Source of the DNA: Nitrosopumilus sp.
Lineage (GTDB): Archaea; Thermoproteota; Nitrososphaeria; Nitrososphaerales; Nitrosopumilaceae
DNA length: 64,000 bases
Direction: 5' to 3'
NCBI GenBank assembly: GCA_965204345.1
Contig: OZ241981.1
Span: 768,001 to 832,000, forward strand
Below, piece after piece: positions 29,673 through 37,692 of this stretch. Under the pieces are notes generated by a model. The model did no database searches and was not told the origin of the DNA. It saw nothing but the letters and a program-made list of their open reading frames with translations. Positions within the stretch are counted from its first letter, which is position 1. Every line of letters begins with the position of its first letter. The position numbers and the translations under genes are program-made.

Positions 29673-31085
29673 TCAAGAAGTAAGGATTTCTGCCACTACA
29701 GGAATTACTTCCCATAATGCGATATAATCGCCACTTGCTTGCATTTCAGAAGCTACTTCGTCAGTCATTAAACCGTGAATGTTTTGGGCAGGATGAGCAA
29801 TACTGTTCATTCCCATTGGTGGGACAGCATCACTAGGATTGCCTAAAGCATATGCATAAGATGCTACTGGTTCTTCGATAATTCCTTTCTCAACTAGAAC
29901 GGGGTTCAAACCGAATGGATCACCTGCTACAAAGACTGTAGCTGCACCAGTGTAAATTGCTGCATAATCATGGTTTACTGCTGCATATGCACCTGGTTCA
30001 TCAAAGACCAAGTCAACAATCATGTTTTGTGAACCGCCGAGCATCCATGTTTCAGTTGCTGCAGACTGTACTCTGTTACCTTGAACAACTCTATCCAAGA
30101 TTTCACCCACAATGTGGAAGAAAACTGGTTCATTGCCTTGGTTTTCTACAAAGAGTCTCACATGTTGATCATTTTCAACAAACAAGAGTTGTGATTGGTA
30201 TTGCTTGTGTTCAAGTCCATTCCATGGTTGTGCGACAAAGATGTTCTTCTTTACATCGCCATTGACAAGTAAGTTATGAGCCATATTTGGTACATAACCA
30301 AATTGCATTCCATTAACAACTGTTGCAGTATTATGATGTTTGAACATTGCTCCTGCATCATAGTTGCCTTCAGGTGTTAGGTACAACTGATTGTATTGGA
30401 GTTGGAACTCTAATGCATCTGCATCATAGAATTTTCTGTCTATCTCACCGCTTCCGCTGGTCTTCTCGACCATTAGTTTCTTGTATCCATTAGCTGGATC
30501 AACAATTGCAATTCCGTACATGCCGGAAAGAACGTGTTGATCCATGCCAATTAGTTTGACACCAGAACAATGGTATTTGAAGACACCTGCAGATTCAGCA
30601 ATGTAACAGTACTGACTTGTTTCACCAGGATTAACTGATTCAAAGTTTCCTGATGACATTTGTGATGCATGCATGTCGTTACCGTGTCCAGTAATTTCAT
30701 CATCTGGAATTGTAAGTGTCATTTTTACAACGTCACCTTGTGTAACTCTTAGCGTTGGTCCTGGGACTTGTCCACTAAAGGTCATGGCGTTGTAAGTTTT
30801 TCCTCCCATAATTGGAAGTTCAACACTTTCACCAGTCAAATCAAACTCGACGACAGTGCGTCCAGAAGATTCAAGTACACCACAATCAGTTTCTGCGAAT
30901 GCTTGAGGCATTACAAGTTGTAAACCGCCCATTTGATGGATTTGTTCAATTACGTCGACATCCATTTTGTTGATATCTAGTGATTGTCCAGCAATCTGGG
31001 TTTGTGTGTATGTGCTTCCGAATAAGGTTGCTCCCATTACAGCTACTGCTGCAACGGTAAAGAGCATACTAACACGCTTATTCAT
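29673..31085 (-). CDS. nirK: Copper-containing nitrite reductase (AOA-type NirK, multicopper oxidase family)
   Basis: Signal peptide; PGPTLRVTQGD, HGNDMH, YHCSG...DQHVLSGM (type-1 Cu ligands), FHIVGEI.D, VNH. Confidence 0.9.
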   Translation of the reverse strand: MNKRVSMLFTVAAVAVMGATLFGSTYTQTQIAGQSLDINKMDVDVIEQIHQMGGLQLVMPQAFAETDCGVLESSGRTVVEFDLTGESVELPIMGGKTYNAMTFSGQVPGPTLRVTQGDVVKMTLTIPDDEITGHGNDMHASQMSSGNFESVNPGETSQYCYIAESAGVFKYHCSGVKLIGMDQHVLSGMYGIAIVDPANGYKKLMVEKTSGSGEIDRKFYDADALEFQLQYNQLYLTPEGNYDAGAMFKHHNTATVVNGMQFGYVPNMAHNLLVNGDVKKNIFVAQPWNGLEHKQYQSQLLFVENDQHVRLFVENQGNEPVFFHIVGEILDRVVQGNRVQSAATETWMLGGSQNMIVDLVFDEPGAYAAVNHDYAAIYTGAATVFVAGDPFGLNPVLVEKGIIEEPVASYAYALGNPSDAVPPMGMNSIAHPAQNIHGLMTDEVASEMQASGDYIALWEVIPVVAEILTS

Positions 31086-31559
31086 AAAGCAACGGACTAG
31101 TAATTCCTATATAATAATTCCCATTACCGCCCAATATTTCCCACATTTATTTTATCAAAAGGAGTTTAATCAGCAAGTGATCTTCTAGATGAATGTATGC
31201 CAGCAGGATTTCAGAATTTGAAAGTTTTTAGTGATTATTTTGGTGCCAAAAATTAGAAAAGAATAGTTTGGGTTTAAATGGATATAAAGACAGTTTTGGA
31301 TGTTAATTACAATCAACCGATCTAAATGAGAGTATCAGAATACAGATATGACAGAGAGATATCGGCCTTGCGTAATTATCTTTGAAATTCCTTTGGCAAA
31401 TTGTTCTAGTCTGTCATTTTTTTCATTCCAATAATATAACTAGGTATTTGTCTTTTTGAAGTTCCATACTATCAGATGACAAGCATAATTTTCTAAAATC
31501 TCCAAAATTAATATTGATTTTTTCTTTCTCCTGCATGAAATTATACCAAAAAATATGAT

Positions 31560-31880
31560 TTATGAATCTTGGAAAATTATCTTATTTAATCGATAATTCA
31601 GCTTGTTTATTTTTTCCATCACCTGCCTCACTTTATCAAGTGTCACAGAAGTCAGGAGATCAATGTCGATGCTCAATCTTTTAGCGTCTTTCTTGGCAAT
31701 GTAAAATAGCATGCACATGCCACCACGTATTATACAATCAAGCTGTTGTGTTATATGAGAATGTATTTGAAAATCCATTATGAATTTTTCAACAGCGAGT
31801 TTATCTGTAAATCCATATTATTCTGCGGCAATCAAAGCTATATTTTCAGCTGTTAATGACTGAGAATAATTGAGGGACAA
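31560..31880 (-). pseudogene. AbiEii/AbiGii-like nucleotidyltransferase toxin, N-terminal remnant with internal stop
   Basis: From TTG at 31880: MSLNYSQSLTAENIALIAAE*YGFTDKLAVEKFIMDFQIHSHITQQLDCIIRGGMCMLFYIAKKDAKRLSIDIDLL...; in-frame TAA at 31820-31818; VEK, GG and R.S.DID motifs match the AbiEii N-terminus; only ~106 codons remain. Confidence 0.7.
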
Positions 31881-31881
31881 A

Positions 31882-33777
31882 TCACTGATCTCCTATGTAC
31901 GTTTCAATTTGGCTTGATAGTTTTCTGTGCCTAGCAAGTGAACGTAATTTTTTTGTATTAACAAGTCTGTTTCCAAGCAAGTCATCTAGGATCATTATTA
32001 GTTCGTCATTATACATTGTAATCTTATGCGTATTTACTTCAACGTAAAGATCTAGCCAAGCTTTTTCAGGAATTGCCCAGGTAGTGGATAATCTTTCTGC
32101 ATATTCTCGAATTATTATAAACCTATTATCTTTAGAGATCTGAAGAGCTGTTTCTGTTTGAATTGGATTAGGATCAAGTAATACCGTAGTTTTTTCTGTA
32201 AAATCAGAAACAGCTTCCAGTAACTCTTGTCCTGCACCAGTTATTGTTTGAATGTTGTAAATAATTTTACTGTATGCGTTGTGTAAGAATGGGCTTAATG
32301 TACTTAGTCCAGTAAACTGAAAATCATGTTCAAACCCTTCTTTCAGATACCCATGAAGATCTAGCAGGCTTGAATCAAGAGAATAATTTGGAATAGGAAC
32401 AATTTTTTCCTCTGTTCTATTTTTTTTTATCTCAGGCTTTGGTGAATATTTTGTAACAAATTCATTCCATTTTTTGTTTCTGTCATTAATAAAATTAACA
32501 TATTTAGGATTTTCATTTATTAACTCAGATTCTATTCGTATTAGACCTAAGAGAAACAAGGGATTTTTAAAAATACCAAATACGCTGCTGGATCTGTTAA
32601 CTGTGATTTTAATTTTGTCATGGGAATGATTTATTTGATAAACTCCTTTGTCCGTGTCTTGGAACTCTAGATCCAGATTAAGATTGCCTTTATGTACTGT
32701 AAAATTACTTGCCTTTCTGAGTAACGATTTTGCGTTGGATGCACTCATTCTCGTATCCAATGGTTTTTCAAGATTTGTTTTTAAATCATGGTCAAACACA
32801 GATTTAATTTCGGAGATGTCTGTTTTTGATGTAGAACTGCGAAGGGTTTTCACTACAGCTGGATCATTTTTAAATCCTGATACAGCTTCGTTGTATTCTA
32901 ATGAATCCTCTAAGAATCCAGTCTTGTGAAAGTTAACTGGAATGTGATCAAGATGTATCTCGCCAATTATTTTTGCCACCTCTGGATGATGCCTTATTCC
33001 AAATTTAGCAAATGCCTTTATCAATCGCCCCTTTTTGTATATGTGCACTCCATAGTCTCCTTTAATGGAACGCTTCTCTAGTAAGCCAATCCATCCATTT
33101 ATCTGATTGCCACTTGGAAGTTTTATTGAGATTTTTTGTTTTGTTCCTTTTTTTGGCTCAGGCTCTACTGGAACGCACTCTGTTGTGTTTATTTTGATTC
33201 GGATCTGCTTGTTTTTGATATATGGTCCATATCTTATTCCAAAGCTTCTTTTGAAGTTTGAGATCTGGTTTGGGTATAATGGCACCCTTAGATTGCCTAT
33301 TGCAACTCTAGTTCCATGCCAATCTTTATTTTCATCTTCTTCTTTGATTTCAAAATTAGTCCATTTTTTTGATTTGTCACTTAACCATTGCTGTTCATCA
33401 TATTCTGCCGTTAACTTGGATGCAGTATTTGGCTTTCTTGTTGTTACGACAAATATTTTGCCCAAGTTAGAGCATGCACTTTTCATGCCTATGCCAAACT
33501 GACCAAGCTTTTCACCTTCCTTTTTTGTTTCTTTTGCAATGGTCAGGGCATCCTTTAATTCATCAAAATTCATTCCTTGTCCGTCATCGGAGACAACAAT
33601 TAGTTTTTCATTAAAATTCAGATTAACGTTAATGGATTCTGTAATTCCTTTAATCCGTGCATCAATTGAATTGTCTAGCAGTTCTGCTATTGCTTGCTCG
33701 GTTCTGTATCCCGTAAGGCCTAATTTTTTGATGAGACTCTTATCAGGTGTGATATCTACGTTTTTCTTTTTGGTCAG
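31882..33777 (-). CDS. MORC-type GHKL ATPase with S5 transducer and C-terminal AbiEi-like domain (about 631 aa)
   Basis: Frame stays open 68 codons upstream of the track ATG (33573) and contains AIAELLDNSIDA (N-box) and DDGQGM; then LGQFGIGMKSA, HGTRV, GVHIYKKGRLI, IIGEIHLD..PVNFHKTGF; likely CTG start at 33777. Confidence 0.8.
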   Translation of the reverse strand: MTKKKNVDITPDKSLIKKLGLTGYRTEQAIAELLDNSIDARIKGITESINVNLNFNEKLIVVSDDGQGMNFDELKDALTIAKETKKEGEKLGQFGIGMKSACSNLGKIFVVTTRKPNTASKLTAEYDEQQWLSDKSKKWTNFEIKEEDENKDWHGTRVAIGNLRVPLYPNQISNFKRSFGIRYGPYIKNKQIRIKINTTECVPVEPEPKKGTKQKISIKLPSGNQINGWIGLLEKRSIKGDYGVHIYKKGRLIKAFAKFGIRHHPEVAKIIGEIHLDHIPVNFHKTGFLEDSLEYNEAVSGFKNDPAVVKTLRSSTSKTDISEIKSVFDHDLKTNLEKPLDTRMSASNAKSLLRKASNFTVHKGNLNLDLEFQDTDKGVYQINHSHDKIKITVNRSSSVFGIFKNPLFLLGLIRIESELINENPKYVNFINDRNKKWNEFVTKYSPKPEIKKNRTEEKIVPIPNYSLDSSLLDLHGYLKEGFEHDFQFTGLSTLSPFLHNAYSKIIYNIQTITGAGQELLEAVSDFTEKTTVLLDPNPIQTETALQISKDNRFIIIREYAERLSTTWAIPEKAWLDLYVEVNTHKITMYNDELIMILDDLLGNRLVNTKKLRSLARHRKLSSQIETYIGDQ

Positions 33778-33793
33778 ATCTAAGATCGTAACA

Positions 33794-33816
33794 TGCGAAT
33801 ATTATATATTTTCGCA
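33794..33816. promoter_or_regulatory. Palindrome TGCGAA-N11-TTCGCA enclosing a TATA-like box for the MORC gene
   Basis: tgcgaa tattatatatt ttcgca; AT core sits about 24-33 bp upstream of the CTG at 33777. Confidence 0.5.
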
Positions 33817-33851
33817 GTTTTTGTTCATAAAATTATAAACCCTGATTGACT

Positions 33852-33958
33852 GTTATAATGCGAATTATTGGGATCCAAAATTTTCAGCACCTAAAGATGG
33901 TTGACTTTGAGGATGCAGTCGAGTTATAATGCGAATTATTGGGATCCAAAATTTTCAG
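33852..33958. repeat. Two identical 36-bp direct repeats separated by a 35-bp unique spacer (CRISPR-like geometry, no cas genes)
   Basis: gttataatgcgaattattgggatccaaaattttcag at 33852-33887 and 33923-33958. Confidence 0.9.
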
Positions 33959-34005
33959 AGTATCCGAAAAAGAAGTAATAATAGGGAAAATTGCATAAAG
34001 TCAAC

Positions 34006-35367
34006 ATGAAATTCAGATTAGATCAGGATTCGCTTGGAAAAATCAAAATTCCAGCAGATGCATACTATGGACCATTTACAGGAAGAGCAATCAGGCAGTA
34101 CCACGTAACTGGCAATAAAAGCCATGAGAACTTGATCAGGGCATTTGTGATGATAAAGCGATCCGCAGCAATTGCAAACATGAAAACCAAGGCCATAGAT
34201 ACAAAACGAGGCAAGGCAATTGTTTTGGCCTGTGATAAAGTACTGTCTGGAAAATATGTGGATCAATTTGTTGTAGATATGATAAATTCCGGAGCAGGTA
34301 CAGCTTTTAACATGAATTCAAACGAAGTAATTTCAAATGTTGCATTAGAAGTACTTTGCAAGAAAAAAGGCCAATATGAGTTTCTGCACCCAAATGACCA
34401 TGTCAACATGTCACAATCAAGTAATGACACATATCCTACTGCAATGCATGTTGCAATTTTGATAAATCTAAAGGACACAGTCTCTGCTGTAGATGTTTTG
34501 ATAAAATCATTATCTAAAAAGGCAAAACAATTTTCATCATTTAAAAAAATTGGAAGAACACACCTTATGGATGCACTGCCAGTTACATTAGGTAGCGAGT
34601 TTGACGCATATGCTACATCAGTTACCAAAGCAAGAAAAGAGATCATGGATGCACAAAAAGAGCTGCAACATGTCGCACTAGGCGGAACAGCTGTAGGAAC
34701 AGGAGCCAACACGCCAAAAGGGTATAGAAAAATTGCAATATCGGAATTAGGAAAAATTGCAAAACTGCCATTAAAGCCAGAAAAAGACATGCAGCATGGC
34801 TTACAAAGCAAGTTTGCGGTTGTAAATTTGTCAAGTGCGTTACGAAACTTGGCATTAGAGGTAGGGAAAATTGCAAATGATGTCAGGCTAATGGCATCAG
34901 GTCCAATTGCAGGATTGGCAGAGTTGGGAATACCGGCAGTTCATGCAGGCTCATCCATCATGCCTGGAAAAATAAACCCGTCGCTGGCCGAATGCATGAA
35001 CATGGTTTGCTTTAACATCATTGGAAATGATACAGCAGTATCATATGCAGCACAAGGCGGGCAGCTTGAGCTTAACGTCATGTTGCCGGGAATGCTAAAA
35101 TGCATGTTAGAGTCAACAGACATGATTAAAAACTTCTTTCCAATATTTTCTGCAAATCTAATTGACGGACTGACAGCAAACAAGGACAAGTTGCGTGAAT
35201 ATATTGAAAACAGTCCAGTAATTGTTACATTGTTAACTCCAAAGATAGGATATCTAAAATCTGCCGAACTTTTCAAAGAATCACTAAAAACTGGAAAAAC
35301 TATCAGAGAGCTTGTTGTTTCAAAGAAACTAATGAGCAGCAAAGAGATCGATTCTTTATTCTGTTAA
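34006..35367 (+). CDS. fumC: Class II fumarate hydratase / aspartate ammonia-lyase family
   Basis: DSLG...IP..AYYG, SGAGT..NMN.NEV, HPNDHVNMSQSSND, KIGRTHLMDA.P, GSSIMPGKINP. Confidence 0.85.
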   Translation: MKFRLDQDSLGKIKIPADAYYGPFTGRAIRQYHVTGNKSHENLIRAFVMIKRSAAIANMKTKAIDTKRGKAIVLACDKVLSGKYVDQFVVDMINSGAGTAFNMNSNEVISNVALEVLCKKKGQYEFLHPNDHVNMSQSSNDTYPTAMHVAILINLKDTVSAVDVLIKSLSKKAKQFSSFKKIGRTHLMDALPVTLGSEFDAYATSVTKARKEIMDAQKELQHVALGGTAVGTGANTPKGYRKIAISELGKIAKLPLKPEKDMQHGLQSKFAVVNLSSALRNLALEVGKIANDVRLMASGPIAGLAELGIPAVHAGSSIMPGKINPSLAECMNMVCFNIIGNDTAVSYAAQGGQLELNVMLPGMLKCMLESTDMIKNFFPIFSANLIDGLTANKDKLREYIENSPVIVTLLTPKIGYLKSAELFKESLKTGKTIRELVVSKKLMSSKEIDSLFC

Positions 35368-35370
35368 AAC

Positions 35371-36639
35371 ATGGCAAAAATTTTTGTAGAAGCTTACGGC
35401 TGTTCGGCTAGCTTTGCAGATTCAGAGATGATTTCAGGATTGATTCAAAATGGCGGACATGTGTTAACAGACAATTCCTCAGAGTCTGATCTAAACATCA
35501 TAGTAACATGTTCAGTTAAAGATTCGACTGCAAACAAAATGATGTATAGGATTAATTCATTAAAAACAAAGCCGCTTATCGTAGCAGGTTGCCTTCCAAA
35601 GGCAGAAAAAGAGACAGTTGAAAAATTCTCAGAAAATGCCAGTTTGTTAGGACCAAACTCATTAGGAAAAACGCTCCAAGTTATCAACTCCGCATTAAGA
35701 GGGCAAAAACAAATTGCATTAGAGGATTCAGATTTGTCAAAGGTAGGATTGCCCAAAGTTAGACTTAATCCCACAGTAGGAATTGTGGAAATTGCAAGTG
35801 GATGCATGAGTGAATGCACATTTTGTCAGACTAAATTATCAAAAGGAGATCTTGTAAGCTATAGGCTGGGAGACATAGTAAGACAAGTTCAAACAGAAGT
35901 TAGAGAGGGATGCAAGGAAGTGTGGTTAACATCTACGGATAATGGATGTTATGGGTTTGACATTGGGACAGATTTACCAACTTTGATAAACTCGATTTCT
36001 GAAATTCCAGAGGACTTTATGATTAGGGTGGGCATGATGAATCCAATGTATATGCCAAGGATTAAGGAAAAGCTGATTGACGCATATGATAGTAACAAAG
36101 TTTTCAAATTTTTACATCTTCCAGTACAGAGCGGGAGTGATAGGGTTCTTCAGGATATGAAGCGTGGTCATACAGCAGAAACTTTTAGGGAAATCGTCAG
36201 AAAAATCAGAGAGAGATTTGATGACTTTACCATATCTACAGATATCATTGTAGGGTTTCCTTCAGAAACAGAAAAAGAATTTCAAAAGACAGTATCATTA
36301 CTTGATGAAATAAGGCCAGATTCGGTAAATTTGTCCAAATATAGTGCAAGACCCGGAACAGATGCTGCAGAATGGGAGCAAATTAATGCAGCAGAAATTA
36401 AACGAAGAAGCAAGATAGTTTTTGAACAGATCAATAAACTATCGATAAAAAGTAATCAAAACTGGATCGGCTGGAGGGGCAAGGTGCTATTTGATGAACA
36501 GACAGATGAGGGAATTAAGGGTAGGAATTTTGCATACAAGCCTATAGCAGTTACGGAAGAAGTAAAAATTGGGCAATCACACACAGTAGAGATTACAGAT
36601 GCCACTATCAAAAGACTGATCGGTAAGATCGTAAGCTAA
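35371..36639 (+). CDS. tRNA methylthiotransferase (MiaB-like, archaeal MtaB type)
   Basis: UPF0004 YGC/TCSV/GC, radical SAM CMSECTFC, HLPVQSGS, C-terminal TRAM. Confidence 0.9.
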   Translation: MAKIFVEAYGCSASFADSEMISGLIQNGGHVLTDNSSESDLNIIVTCSVKDSTANKMMYRINSLKTKPLIVAGCLPKAEKETVEKFSENASLLGPNSLGKTLQVINSALRGQKQIALEDSDLSKVGLPKVRLNPTVGIVEIASGCMSECTFCQTKLSKGDLVSYRLGDIVRQVQTEVREGCKEVWLTSTDNGCYGFDIGTDLPTLINSISEIPEDFMIRVGMMNPMYMPRIKEKLIDAYDSNKVFKFLHLPVQSGSDRVLQDMKRGHTAETFREIVRKIRERFDDFTISTDIIVGFPSETEKEFQKTVSLLDEIRPDSVNLSKYSARPGTDAAEWEQINAAEIKRRSKIVFEQINKLSIKSNQNWIGWRGKVLFDEQTDEGIKGRNFAYKPIAVTEEVKIGQSHTVEITDATIKRLIGKIVS

Positions 36640-36712
36640 TTTTTTTCGATCTAAAATTTGATTAAAAAAACGTAAGAAGGTTTTTTATCTAAATCACGAA
36701 TTAAGATTAGAA

Positions 36713-37657
36713 ATGAGTTTTCAAGTCAAATATCCAATTTTAGTCATAGGCCTTGGAGGCGTAGGCTCAAAACTGGCTGGTGAGGCTAAAAATGCATTAA
36801 ATTCAGATTGCTTGATAATTAGTAATGACAAGAAGGATTGTTCCTCAGAAAACCCTTCGGTACATATTTCAACGGACTCGGTAATTAATCCGTCTGTTCA
36901 GTTAATCAGAGGCTCAACTTACAATAGTGTTGAAGAAATAAAATCAAAGATTGCAGAATATTCCACAGTAGTATTGATGAGTAATTTAGCAGGCAAAACA
37001 GGTTCAGCAATTGCACCTGTAGTCTCAGAGATATGTAAAGAATCAGACATCGGGTTAATCTCATTTGCAGTAATGCCTTTCAAATATGAAAAAGATAGGA
37101 TTTTCAATTCAGGTATTTCTCTAAAAAGAGTAAGAGAAAACTCACAATGCACCATAGTCTTAGATAATGATTCGTTGTTAGAAAGTAATCCGGATCTAAG
37201 TCCTAAAGCATGCTATGATATTGCAAATTCTGCAATGATACACGTAGTAAAATCACTTGGCACATCTGAAATATCAAATGAGACAAACATTCTATCCACA
37301 AGCAAGGATGGACAAAAAATAGAAGATTCACTAAGGGATTCACTTAAAATGCTATACGGAAACGCATCACCAAATTCAGTTAAACGTTCAATGCTGTATG
37401 TAGTAGGAGGAAGTAACATCCCAGTAGGAGTAATCAACTCAATCACTAGTTTAACTTCAGGAATTGTTAGTGAAAGCAGTGCACAAATTGATATGGTATC
37501 AGAAGAATCCAAAGTTGTTATGCTATCATCAATACAAGGAATGACAAAGTTTGACAATTATGATCCATTAGGAATGATTTCACAAGAAGACACTCTTGAT
37601 TGGTCAAAACCAGAATGCAGTATTGACTATAAATTAGACTTGTATCAATTAGAATAA
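36713..37657 (+). CDS. Divergent FtsZ/tubulin-family protein
   Basis: LVIGLGGVG, NLAGKTGS (degenerate tubulin signature), MPF.YE, LDND. Confidence 0.8.
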   Translation: MSFQVKYPILVIGLGGVGSKLAGEAKNALNSDCLIISNDKKDCSSENPSVHISTDSVINPSVQLIRGSTYNSVEEIKSKIAEYSTVVLMSNLAGKTGSAIAPVVSEICKESDIGLISFAVMPFKYEKDRIFNSGISLKRVRENSQCTIVLDNDSLLESNPDLSPKACYDIANSAMIHVVKSLGTSEISNETNILSTSKDGQKIEDSLRDSLKMLYGNASPNSVKRSMLYVVGGSNIPVGVINSITSLTSGIVSESSAQIDMVSEESKVVMLSSIQGMTKFDNYDPLGMISQEDTLDWSKPECSIDYKLDLYQLE

Positions 37658-37692
37658 AACTAAATTTTAAAATTATAATTTTTTAAGAATAA

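Noticed and set aside
31113-31126. 13/14 match (aataattcccatta) to the reverse complement of the 36-bp repeat, as a possible inverted terminal repeat of the insert
   Set aside because: Short, AT-rich and lying in the nirK TATA/BRE region; chance match cannot be excluded.
33539-33838. 99-aa plus-strand ORF
   Set aside because: Antisense to the extended MORC N-terminus, which carries the conserved N-box.
33852-33958. Formal CRISPR array call
   Set aside because: Only two repeats, no cas genes or clear leader in the window; kept as a repeat and a finding instead.
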